A stretch of 64,000 nt of DNA from Candidatus Spongiisociaceae bacterium (GTDB lineage: Bacteria > Actinomycetota > Acidimicrobiia > Spongiisociales > Spongiisociaceae), in the NCBI GenBank assembly GCA_965262915.1, contig OZ253564.1, forward strand, positions 736,001-800,000. Reading direction: 5' to 3'. The position numbers and the translations under genes are program-made. Below, in pieces: positions 33,710-43,715 of the stretch. Below the pieces are notes generated by a model, which saw nothing but the letters and a program-made list of their open reading frames with translations, ran no database searches and was not told the origin of the DNA. Each line of letters begins with the position of its first letter. Positions within the stretch are counted from its first letter, which is position 1.

Positions 33710-34684
33710 CCGCCGGCACTACTCCGATGCTGGACTTGGGGGACCTAGACCCCACCGGCGACCGGCCCGACGACCAAGGCCGGGTGGACAACATCACCGA
33801 CTGGTGCCTCAACCAGTTCCGCAGCCGCTACCAGGACCCTGCCATCACCAAAGACCACATCTGGGCATACATATACGGAGTGATGCACGCCCCCGACTGG
33901 CGAACCAGATACGCGAACGATCTACGCAAAGGTCTACCCCGCATCCCCTACACCGACGACTTCTGGCCGTTCGCCCAGGCGGGCCGGGAGCTGATCGACC
34001 TACACGTCGGCTACGAAACCTGCGAACCGTATCCGCATGTGCGAGTGCTGGTAGACGGGCAGGCGGCCGACCCGGACCGTGACAGCCCCGACGTGTACCG
34101 TATCGATAAGCCGATACGCTGGGCCAGAACCCGCGGCGAAGACAGGAAACTCGCCAACGACCTGAGCGTGCTCGTGGTCAACGACCGGTGCCGAATCGAA
34201 GACATCCCCCCGGAAGCGCACGAGTATGTGGTCAACGGGAAAACCCCCCGCTCGGCTGGGCCATCGACCGTCTACGGGCTACCCGTGACAAAACGAGCGG
34301 GATCACCCGCGACCCGAACCGGTGGCACACCTGGGCAGACCGGCCCTACAACCTGATCGAACACCTATGTAGGCTGATCACCGTGTCCGTCCGCACCGTC
34401 CGCATCGTCGACGGGTTGCCCCCCTCGCTGCCCCCAGACGACCCACGCCCCGCCGGCTGACCTATCGGAGAGGCCGGCTGGCGTAAGGTAGCTGGGTTGA
34501 CCCTGGTCCGCTGCCCAACCACACCCCACCGGTTCTCCCGGGAGAATCCACCACGACAACAACCCAACTGGCGCGCCGCTGATCCAAGTGAGCTGACTCC
34601 AAAAAAACCGGTCACCATCAACCGCCCCGCTTCAAGTCACGCGTATAATTCCCTTTGGATTGTGTTGACTCAGGGGATTAAGTT

Positions 34685-36373
34685 ATGAGACGGTTGGCGC
34701 TACTGGTCGCATGGGTGCTGGTGCTCGGAACAGTCGCGTCGGGAGCGTTACCGTCCACGCCACCCGCGGTGGCGCAGGAGACAACCGGGCCGCCGGAAAT
34801 ATGCGACACAGCCGCGGTGGAACAATTCACCGACGTCGCCGACGGTGAATACGCGTCCGCCTACGTGCTGTGCATGCGCTCTCTGGGCCTCTCGGTGGGA
34901 AGAGGAGCAGGAACCTACGGTCCTGACAGCCAACTCAACCGCGGGCAGATGGCATCATTTCTGGTGCGGCTGTGGCGTGACGTGCTGGGCAACCAATGTC
35001 CCACCGGAGTAGTCACGCCGTTCACCGACGTGCTCGACGACTCCACGCATACCAAGAACATCGAATGCATCTACGGACTGGAGATCACCACCGGCACCGG
35101 CCCCGACACCTACGGCCCCAGGGACCCGCTGAAGGCAACCCAGATCTCCCGATTCCTGTACCGCGTCTACAACAAAGCCGGCGGCGACATGTGCCCGAGC
35201 GCAGACGGGTCGGAACTCCACCGGGCCGCAGAGTGCCTGCTCCAACTCCGGGTCGTGCCCACCACCGGCGAAGCCACCGCCACCACCACCGTCACCCGAG
35301 CACAAATGGCCGTCTACATGGTAGGGCTATGGCACAACCTCTCAGGCAAAGGCCTACCACCCCCACCCCCACCCCTAGGCACCCCCACACCTGAGGCGAC
35401 CACCACCACTACTACCCAACCCACCCACACCGCACCCACCACCCAACGCATCGCCTACACGGTCAACAGATCCACAGCACTTGATCGCGTGCGGGGAGTC
35501 ACGACCACTGACGTCTGGGTTATGAACGCCGACGGAACCGACCAGAAACAACTCACCGACAACGGCTGGGGTCCGGTGTGGTCACCTGACGGAACCCGAA
35601 TCGCCTACACCGGCAGGCGCCTGACGGGCTCCAGAATCAGACCAAACCAGATCAATGAGGTCTGGGTTATGAACGCGGACGGAACCGACCAGAAACAACT
35701 CACCGACAACGGCTGGGGTCCGGTGTGGTCACCTGACGGAACCCGAATCGCCTACACAGTCGGACTCCGCGGAATCTTACGCGGAGTCCGGGTTATGAAC
35801 GCGGACGGAACCGACCAGAAACAACTCACCGACAACGGCATGAGTCCGGTGTGGTCACCTGACGGAACCCGAATCGCCTACGTAGCCCTCGGCCCGGACA
35901 CCGGAGTCCCGACCACTGAGGTCTGGGTTATGGACGCCGACGGAACCGACCAGAAACAACTCACCATCGGCGAGATCTCGGGGTCGTTTCTTCTGTCGTG
36001 GTCGCCTGATGGAACCCGAATCGCCTACCCAGGGGCAAACGGAGTCTGGGTCATGAACGCGGACGGAACCGACCAGAAACAACTCACCGACAACGGCTGG
36101 CGTCCGGTGTGGTCACCTGATGGAACCCGAATCGCCTACTCTAGGGCAAACGGAGTCTGGGTTATGAACGCGGACGGAACCGACCAGAAACAACTCACCG
36201 ACATCGGCCAGAGTCCGGTGTGGTCACCTGACTCTGGCCGAATCGCCTACTCTGGGAGCGGAGTCTGGGTCATGAACGCGGACGGAACCGACCGGAAACT
36301 GCTCTACTACAACCGCACCGCCGGGGATGGCGCGGGTCCGGTGTGGTCGCCCGTGGTCGTGCCGGAGGGTTAA
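34685..36373 (+). CDS. SLH-domain protein with TolB-like (PD40) beta-propeller
   Basis: Signal peptide. SLH region paralogous to 3397..4857. Repeats VWVMNADGTDQKQLT..PVWSPDGTRIAY. Confidence 0.92.
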   Translation: MRRLALLVAWVLVLGTVASGALPSTPPAVAQETTGPPEICDTAAVEQFTDVADGEYASAYVLCMRSLGLSVGRGAGTYGPDSQLNRGQMASFLVRLWRDVLGNQCPTGVVTPFTDVLDDSTHTKNIECIYGLEITTGTGPDTYGPRDPLKATQISRFLYRVYNKAGGDMCPSADGSELHRAAECLLQLRVVPTTGEATATTTVTRAQMAVYMVGLWHNLSGKGLPPPPPPLGTPTPEATTTTTTQPTHTAPTTQRIAYTVNRSTALDRVRGVTTTDVWVMNADGTDQKQLTDNGWGPVWSPDGTRIAYTGRRLTGSRIRPNQINEVWVMNADGTDQKQLTDNGWGPVWSPDGTRIAYTVGLRGILRGVRVMNADGTDQKQLTDNGMSPVWSPDGTRIAYVALGPDTGVPTTEVWVMDADGTDQKQLTIGEISGSFLLSWSPDGTRIAYPGANGVWVMNADGTDQKQLTDNGWRPVWSPDGTRIAYSRANGVWVMNADGTDQKQLTDIGQSPVWSPDSGRIAYSGSGVWVMNADGTDRKLLYYNRTAGDGAGPVWSPVVVPEG

Positions 36374-37020
36374 ACAAAGAACACTGTGGCCGATGGGTAC
36401 ACACACCGGCTATGGTCCCCGAATCGGCAGGCGTTGCCGGTCTAGTATCAGGTAGTCGAGTACCAGTCCTGTTGTCTCAGACTACCAACCGCGCTGGTCT
36501 CGGCACCTAGTACCAACTCGCTGAAGCATGGGCATCAAAGACAGATGCCGCCCGTACGTTCACCGGGAGGGTGAATGTCACGCCCGGGCAGGACCACAGT
36601 CCAAGAGACATGACCCCCGGTCCAGGAGCCCGATACCCCCACGCCGGTAACAGTAGAAACCCCCGATCCATGAATAATCGGGGCTAACGTTCTATCCGCT
36701 GTCCTGGAACACGGCGGCGATTTCGGCCCCGCACTCCGCCTCGATCCGGTCCATGACCGCGCCGTGACGAGTCGCGTCAATCAGGATCCATGCCAGTTCC
36801 CCCAGAACACGAGCACATAGAATAGCTGCCCGCCAGTGACACCGAGAGTGACACCGCCCAGGTCAGTATCGTCGGAAATACCTATCTACCAGGCTAAATA
36901 GCGGTATCCGCCAAGTTGTACTGGTAAGTATATAGGCCCCCAACTAACGATCCTCTTCTAGCCCGTGTTGGGGCGAACAGTGGGGCCTTGGTAGGTTGGT
37001 CCGGTCTGAGAGGGAGGTCC

Positions 37021-37679
37021 ATGGCAGGGGCCAAGTACGGGCTCACGCTGTCGAACCGCAGCGTGCTGCTCGGGGTGTCCACGGTGGAGGAGATGCTCGG
37101 TCTGGCCGCCGCAGCCTGATGGCGATCACCACAGCCGACCGGGAGGAGGTGTGGGACTCGGTATGGGTGGGTGACTCGATCTTCGCCAAGCCGCGCCTCG
37201 ACGCCCTGGTGGCCTTCGGGGCGCTGGCCGCCTGCACGGAGCGGGTAGGTCTCGGGGTCGGGTGCATGGCGAGCATGCCGCTGCGCGACGCTCTACTCCT
37301 GGCATACCAGTGGCTCAGCTTCGACTTCCTGTCCGGCGGCCGGTCCATCTTCGTGGCCTGCCAGGGTCAGCGGGAGGCGGGGGGAGGCAAGTTCGCGGAG
37401 GAGTTCGCGGCTTTCGGCATCGATCCGTCCACGAGGAGCCGCCGGATGGAGGAGGCGATCGAGATCCTGCGGCTCGTCTCCCAGACCGAGAACGCCTCCT
37501 ACGAGGGGACCTACAACCGGTTCGAGGACGTGACCGTGCTGCCACGGCCGGTGCAGCAACCGCTGCCGATATGGGTGACCGCCAACCCCAACCCGGCCTT
37601 CCCTTTGGGGGTTCCCCGGACCTACTGGGAGAGAGGAGATCCCGCCGGGGCCGTTGCCGGAATGGTAGGGGCCCGCTAG
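37021..37679 (+). pseudogene. LLM-class flavin-dependent oxidoreductase, frameshifted and 3'-truncated
   Basis: MAGAKYGLTLSNR, WDSVWVGDS, TERVGLG, DFLSGGR, PRPVQQPLPIWV. Confidence 0.8.
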
Positions 37680-37680
37680 C

Positions 37681-38787
37681 GTGGCTGAGGGGATGCGTGA
37701 ACGTGGCATGGCGCCAGTGCCGGCGCGGAGCGGTGGGCTGGGGCGCCTGCGTCACCGGGCGGCGGTTGCTACGGCTTCAGTTTGGGTAGGGGTGCTGGCT
37801 CTGTCGGTGGTGCCGGTGTGGGTGCATCTGACCGTCGCCGGCCGGGGGGCTAACCCCTTCTGGTGGGTCGCTGCCATGAACGTGGGTCAGGGTTGTGTCT
37901 TGGTCCCGTGTCTGGTCGCCACCCGGAGGGCGGCTGGTCTGAGAGGGGCGAGGGGTCTGCCAGCCGCTGCGGTATTGGGTGCATCACCGGGCCGTGGTCG
38001 GGTGTGGACTTGGGTCACGGCTGTTGGTCTCTGGATGGTGCCTGCGCGGATGAGCATGGCGTTCTTGGTGTGGGCAACGGAGTGGGTGGGTACTGCCGCG
38101 GCTGCCGTCGTCGGCCAGTACCTGGTTCCTCTAGCTGTTGCGGGGCTCTTGGCCTTGTCAGGCCGGTCTGTTCTTCCCCGGCGCTGGCCGCTCGTGGGAG
38201 CTATCGCGGTGGTGGGGGTCTGGCTCGTGGCTGTCGGGGAATCCGGCGGTGTCGCCCCTCTACTCGCGTTCCGGACGGGCTGGCCGGTGCTGGTCGGTCT
38301 CTCTCTGGCGATGGTGTCCACAGTTGGTGCGGCCGCTTCGGTAGTCCTCAACGTGGTTTACGGTGACCGGCTGTCGGTGGCGGCAGCCCGCTGCGGTGGG
38401 ATCCCTGCCCCCGCCGCCGGGGTGTGGTGGGCGGTAGCAGCGATGGCGGGTTCGTGTTTCGCGGTGGCCCCGCTGAACCTCGCTGTCGGGTGGTGGCTGT
38501 TCGGTCCGGTCCCGCTGGCCGACCTGGGCTCCGGGCTGTTGTTCGGTGCTACGGCGGTAGCTGTGGGTGGCACCGCCCTTCGGGTAGCGAACGCGCTGAG
38601 CCGTTCGGCAGCGGTCAACGCTCCGATTCTCTTGGCGCTGCCCCTCGCGGTGCTCTGGCTACTCCTCGCCGGGGCCGCTCCACCGCGGCTCGACCTTTAC
38701 CTGGCCGGTGTGGTCCTCCTCCTAGGAGTCGTTTGGCAGACGTCGGGTGCGTCCCGCCGCCGATCCAGGAAGCGAACGAACCCTTAG
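37681..38787 (+). CDS. Multi-pass membrane protein (DMT/EamA-like)
   Basis: About 10 hydrophobic segments. Confidence 0.55.
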   Translation: MAEGMRERGMAPVPARSGGLGRLRHRAAVATASVWVGVLALSVVPVWVHLTVAGRGANPFWWVAAMNVGQGCVLVPCLVATRRAAGLRGARGLPAAAVLGASPGRGRVWTWVTAVGLWMVPARMSMAFLVWATEWVGTAAAAVVGQYLVPLAVAGLLALSGRSVLPRRWPLVGAIAVVGVWLVAVGESGGVAPLLAFRTGWPVLVGLSLAMVSTVGAAASVVLNVVYGDRLSVAAARCGGIPAPAAGVWWAVAAMAGSCFAVAPLNLAVGWWLFGPVPLADLGSGLLFGATAVAVGGTALRVANALSRSAAVNAPILLALPLAVLWLLLAGAAPPRLDLYLAGVVLLLGVVWQTSGASRRRSRKRTNP

Positions 38788-39144
38788 CGGCAGGAGCGGC
38801 CGGGGGGTTAGACCGAAACCCGGCTATACGTCCGAGCAGGCCCTCGCCACCAACCGTACAACCCAAGACTGCCGGCGTTGCCAGCGGACTCGCCCCGGTC
38901 CGCTGTCTGTACGGCGGGTATGAGACCGGCGTTCGTGCCGGCAGATCGCTGGACCGGGTGAGCGGCAACTCACCGCAGATCGGTTGACCCCTGTCCCTCT
39001 CGGTGAGCATCGATGAAGGTGGCCATAACCTGGGTGGGCGGTCAAGGTTTACCTGGGCGGAATACGCAGAAGCCTTCCGCGGGATCTCATTCGCCCGCCG
39101 CAACTCACGGTTCTCCTGCGACTTTCGTGGACGTGATCGGATTC

Positions 39145-41172
39145 TCAGCCGCTAGCGGTCGGTTCGGATGTGAGGTCGAGAGCCCGTACCAGGAAGGTTG
39201 CCATCTGTCCCCGGGTCACAGCCTGGTGCGGGCAGTAACGTAACGGATCGGTCTTACATCCCATGGTCACGCCGACCGCGACCAGAGCATCGATGTTGGC
39301 CTCGTGGGTGTTACCCGCCGTATCCGCGAACCCCGCCGAAGGCGCAGGCGGCAGATCGAAAGCCCGAACCAGGAACGTCGCCATCTGCGCCCGGGTAACC
39401 GGCTTGTCCGGGCAGTACCGCAACGGATCGGTCTTGCATCCCTCAGACACACCAAGATCCCCAAGACGCTCCACATAGCCCACCCACCAAGCATCGGGAT
39501 CCACATCCGCGAACCGCGTCCGCGCATCGGAAGACACGGGAGCCTGACCGAGGACCCGGGTCATCCACACCGCCATGGCCCAACGCTCGATCGGCTCATC
39601 AGGGCAGATACGCCGCTCACCACACTCGGTACCTTCGAGGACACCCGCCGCCGCGAGCCGGTTGATCGACGGTTCGCGAACACCGCCGTCGTCGTCGAAG
39701 CTGTCCGGTTCGGCGGGTTGGTCAGGTTTCTCCCCGTCGTTGCCGTGGCCCGGGGTGGGATCCTCCGGATCGTCAGCCGGGGGAGGGGCCACACCATCGA
39801 TGGCGGTGATGTTGGAGGACCTGAGACCCAGGCCGGTCCGTAACTGGGCCCCGGCGACGGTCACCGACGCGGGTTCACCACCGCGGACACCGCGGAACAT
39901 GACATGTGCGGGTGAGGACAGGGACTCTGTAGCTACCAAGATCGCGTCGGTGACCTCCTCCCAGCCCAGCCAACGCGCGACAGCCGAGGCGCTTACCCGG
40001 CGGTCCCAAGAAGCGTTCGGGTTGCCCACCCCCGGGTCGACGTCCCAGGGGTCCTCGACCGGCGTCAGATACGGCCACTCGCGTCCTGGTGTTTTGCCGT
40101 TCCACTCGGTGAAGAACCCGTAAACGTTGCTTCGGGTGATCCCACCGGACGACGCGGAGAAGAACGCCTGGACGATCCCCGCCTTCGTGAACGTCTCCCA
40201 CTCGTCGCCGAAGTAGGTGAGAACCCGGTCCCTGGTGGTTTCCACGCCGTCGAGCCAGGGCTGCCCACCCGACCGGGTCTCCTTTGCCCAACCTATGTAG
40301 TTCATGTCCCGCCAGCTGTCGTAGAGATGGCACCAGCATCTGTCCTTGCGGGCGGCGCTGATCCCCGGATCGTCGTCGGGATCAGCGGGACGCGGCTCGG
40401 TTTCCCACTGGAAGAACTTGAAGGCTGCGTACGAGCGGGCCGTGACGGCCTGGGCCTCGTTGACTCCTGCCGCCTCCCAGTCGTCGGGGATTTCGGCAGT
40501 ACCCTTGAGGTAGTCCTCGAGTCCGATCGCCAGGACCACGTGGAATCCTGTCTCTACCGGGTCGTCTCGTATCTTCAGTTCCCCGTGACGGTATTCGCAC
40601 ACCTCGTTGCTCCGAGGTGCGCACAGCTTGTTCCTTTCCTCACCGTGACGGAGCCGGACACCCTTGGCGTCTGGCCAGGAAATAGCCGCTCGGCAGCCAC
40701 CTGCCGTTCCCTGGAGCTCACCACCACGGAAGAAGCCGCACTCGTTGCGGGCCATGCGCCGGAACTCCCACCTCTCACCAGCCTGCGGATGCTCCGGCTT
40801 CGGGCAGGGACCCTCGTCGTCGCCCACCAGACACAGATCCAACGGACCTCCTACGGCGGTGAACTCCAACAAGGTGATCTGGGACCCCAAATTGACCCAC
40901 AGTGGGTTATCCAGCGTATACAACAGATCATTGGGAAGGGGCAGGTCCCGCATCGTCGCCGGTTCCGAGCCCGGGAAGTAATAGGCGGCGACATCCTCAC
41001 CCGGCTTGGCCGGATCGGCAAGCGCCTGCCCGTAGGCGCCCCACTGGCCCATACCAACACCATGACCCGAACCCGCGCCCTCGAAAACGAAACCGCCGCT
41101 ACCTTGAGCATCAGCGGCAACAGCAGGAACCAGGCCCACCAGAACCGCCACGAGCAACAACCGCCGGAGCAC
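39145..41172 (-). CDS. SpoIID/LytB-domain protein with C-terminal SLH repeats
   Basis: GHGVGMGQWGA, LEDYLKG..E, AQAVTARSY, FSASSGG, PYL..VEDP, GLRSS and Cys-SLH repeats. Confidence 0.9.
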   Translation of the reverse strand: MLRRLLLVAVLVGLVPAVAADAQGSGGFVFEGAGSGHGVGMGQWGAYGQALADPAKPGEDVAAYYFPGSEPATMRDLPLPNDLLYTLDNPLWVNLGSQITLLEFTAVGGPLDLCLVGDDEGPCPKPEHPQAGERWEFRRMARNECGFFRGGELQGTAGGCRAAISWPDAKGVRLRHGEERNKLCAPRSNEVCEYRHGELKIRDDPVETGFHVVLAIGLEDYLKGTAEIPDDWEAAGVNEAQAVTARSYAAFKFFQWETEPRPADPDDDPGISAARKDRCWCHLYDSWRDMNYIGWAKETRSGGQPWLDGVETTRDRVLTYFGDEWETFTKAGIVQAFFSASSGGITRSNVYGFFTEWNGKTPGREWPYLTPVEDPWDVDPGVGNPNASWDRRVSASAVARWLGWEEVTDAILVATESLSSPAHVMFRGVRGGEPASVTVAGAQLRTGLGLRSSNITAIDGVAPPPADDPEDPTPGHGNDGEKPDQPAEPDSFDDDGGVREPSINRLAAAGVLEGTECGERRICPDEPIERWAMAVWMTRVLGQAPVSSDARTRFADVDPDAWWVGYVERLGDLGVSEGCKTDPLRYCPDKPVTRAQMATFLVRAFDLPPAPSAGFADTAGNTHEANIDALVAVGVTMGCKTDPLRYCPHQAVTRGQMATFLVRALDLTSEPTASG

Positions 41173-41358
41173 CCGAGGATTGTAGAAGCCACCCGTCAGC
41201 AATCTGAACACCAACCTTCGACGTCGACGAACCCGAACTCCCGACACCCCGACCACCCAACACGCCACCCCGGTGGGAAACCTCTGACGGTGACCCGGGT
41301 TCGGTGGAGTCACTCCAGTCTGCCGATGTACGCGGACGAACCTTGGTGTCGGGAGGAA

Positions 41359-41550
41359 TCAGTTCTGGTCGATGATCATCTGGCGGACGTGGGCCTCCAT
41401 CATCCGATGCATCGCCGCGATCTCCTCGGGACCCTTGCCCTCGAAAAGATTGCTGTGCCCTTCCTCCCCGTGCCCCATCATCGCCGACAGCAACTCGTCG
41501 GCGGTGTCCTGCTCCGTGGTCCAGTCACAGCCTTCACATGCAAGCTTCAT
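41359..41550 (-). CDS. Small DUF1059-like metal-binding protein
   Basis: CxxC..E(L)L....H...H pattern (MKLACEGCDW..HGEEGH). Confidence 0.65.
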   Translation of the reverse strand: MKLACEGCDWTTEQDTADELLSAMMGHGEEGHSNLFEGKGPEEIAAMHRMMEAHVRQMIIDQN

Positions 41551-41930
41551 CGCTTGGTCCCTTCGACGGACGCGTTCTCGAAGTGATCACCCTAGGGGGA
41601 GAGTTCATTTGATCGCAACACACCTAAACTCCTACCCAAGGACCTCCGGTAGCCTGTCCGTTCATCGGTGGCTAGGTCCCTGGGCCCTGGTGCCCCACCC
41701 CTGCCACGGGCACGCTAGGGATGGTGATGAGGTCATGGATGGACAAGGCCCGAGCCCTCCGACCGGTCCATGTGGCGGATTCTCCCGCCGAAGATCTTTC
41801 TCCTGCGCCGACGACGCCCATGTAACATTGACGTACTTCCTCAAGCGACCGGACCGTACACGAAAGGTGTCATACCCTCCCGGTAAGTCTTGGTAGCAGA
41901 TTTTGGGGCGTGACGTTGGAGAGGAGACGT

Positions 41931-42741
41931 ATGGCCCTTGACCTCCGGTCCTGGCGCGACCGTATCGATAGAGGCTCTATCACGGATCAGCGGCCCCTCT
42001 TGGTGCTGCCTCAGCAACGCAGCCCTCGCGGCGGGTCGGGAACCTTCCTTGCTTCTGATGGCGGAGGTAGGCAGTGGTGGGTAAAGCCGCTGAACAACCG
42101 TCAGGGCGGTAAGGTGATTGTGACCGAGCATGTGGTAGGACGTGTGGGCGCCCTGATAGGAGCGCCGGTCTGTGAGGTGGCCATCGTGCAGATCCCCGAG
42201 GAACTGGCTGGGTGGCAGTTTGTACCCGGTCGACAGTTGGAGCCAGGACTTGCCCACGGTTCCGCCGCGGTGGACCAAGCGACCGAGGATCGAAGCCTCG
42301 CTCACCGTCAGCGCGACGACAATCAGATCAGGCAGGCAGGTGTCTTCGCCCTGTACGATTGGTGTTGGGGGGGAGACCACCAGTGGCTGTAGAGACCACC
42401 AGTGGCTGTACTCGGCGAAGGCGGATATGGAGCTATACAGCCATGACCACGGCTTCTATCTGCCACCCACTGGTTCGGACTGGAACGTTGGCGCGCTCGA
42501 TTCCCATGCCGACAGGCCCCACCCAGGGCCTTGGCCGCCTCGCGTTCTTGACCGAAGGGAACTAGATCGCTTATCTGCGGCTCTCCGCGCGATTGATAAG
42601 CAACATCTCTGCGCCATCCTTGGAGATGTTCCTCTGACCTGGCCGGTAACTACCCGAGAACTCGAAGCTCTGGGATCCTTCCTGGAGTGCCGGGCACCTC
42701 TCGTCGCGCATCGTCTGGACTTGATGAAGGAGGCTATGTGA
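41931..42741 (+). pseudogene. HipA-like kinase, frameshifted by a 19-nt tandem duplication
   Basis: GGSGTFL, WVK, E, LYDW..GGD and HDHG kinase motifs. Duplication at 42373-42410. Confidence 0.8.
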
Positions 42742-43616
42742 TGCGATTCGTCTACTCACTTATCCGGTTCGTGCCGGACCCCGCCAAGGGCGAGTTCGTA
42801 AATGTCGGCGCAATCGTAGGAAGCGAACTTTCATCCGAATGGCAAATCCGACAGGTGTCTAATCCCGCCCGCGCCAGGGCCTTAGACGACGAGCGCTCCC
42901 TTGACTTGGTATGGGCTTTCTGCACCCGGGTCGGGGCTGACATAGACCGTTTCGAGGATTCGCTTTACCGCCTGTTCGACTCTGAGGTAGAGTTGTCGGA
43001 GGACTGGCTTGAGAACCTCCACACCCAGCATCGCAACATCGTCCAACTCAGCCCACCGTCACCCATGGTAGCTGACAGTGCTGATGAGGCGCTGGACCGT
43101 CTGTTCAGTCAGATGATTCTGGATCCCACACGTCACCGGCAGAGCACTGTGACCAAACACGTAGTGCTGGCTGCCATGCGAAGGGCCTACGGGAGTTGCG
43201 GCCTACACAAGAACCGCGGCTTTGTAGAACGTGCCCGGCTGTCCGCTTCGGACCACTCGATCCCCGTCGACTTCGCAGTGGTAAACGGTCAGGTACTGCA
43301 ACTGGTCCAGACTTGGTCGTTTCAGTCAGCCGACCAGCAGTCTCTCGCCCAACAAGTACGTTCCTGGGGATGGGTGGTGCATCGGACCCGTCAGCAAGGC
43401 GCCCAACTGGACGCAAGCGGGGTGGAGGGACTTGATGTCGACCCGGATATCGCGATCAGGGCCGTATACGTTCCTCCCGCACCGGACGGAAACGCTGACG
43501 CCTACAGAGGCGCCTTGGATGTGTTCAAAGAGACAGCGATCGAGCACAGACCCATCGATCAGGTCAAAGACGTAGCCGAAGAGGCCCGCCGCCTACTGGC
43601 CAAGACTTCTGTGTAG
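42741..43616 (+). CDS. DUF3037-domain protein
   Basis: YSLIRFVPDPAKGEFVNVG signature. Coupled to the HipA-like gene, its usual partner. Confidence 0.85.
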   Translation: MRFVYSLIRFVPDPAKGEFVNVGAIVGSELSSEWQIRQVSNPARARALDDERSLDLVWAFCTRVGADIDRFEDSLYRLFDSEVELSEDWLENLHTQHRNIVQLSPPSPMVADSADEALDRLFSQMILDPTRHRQSTVTKHVVLAAMRRAYGSCGLHKNRGFVERARLSASDHSIPVDFAVVNGQVLQLVQTWSFQSADQQSLAQQVRSWGWVVHRTRQQGAQLDASGVEGLDVDPDIAIRAVYVPPAPDGNADAYRGALDVFKETAIEHRPIDQVKDVAEEARRLLAKTSV

Positions 43617-43715
43617 CAATACCACAACCTTGCCGCGGATCCATGGGCAAGGGCCCGTGCGAGACAGCATGGAAGTATCATCCTCCCCGTGGGTGCTCAT
43701 GAGAACGGGCAGGGC

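Larger units (their letters stand above)
30920..34460 (+). pseudogene. Type ISP restriction-modification enzyme (helicase C-terminal part, N6-MTase, TRD), 5'-truncated and frameshifted
   Basis: DIIQAVGRVMR helicase motif VI, YTPIE, DPFTGTGTF, GNPPW, YRPF, RYANDLRKGLPRIP. Frameshifts at ~32080 and ~34245. Confidence 0.88.
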
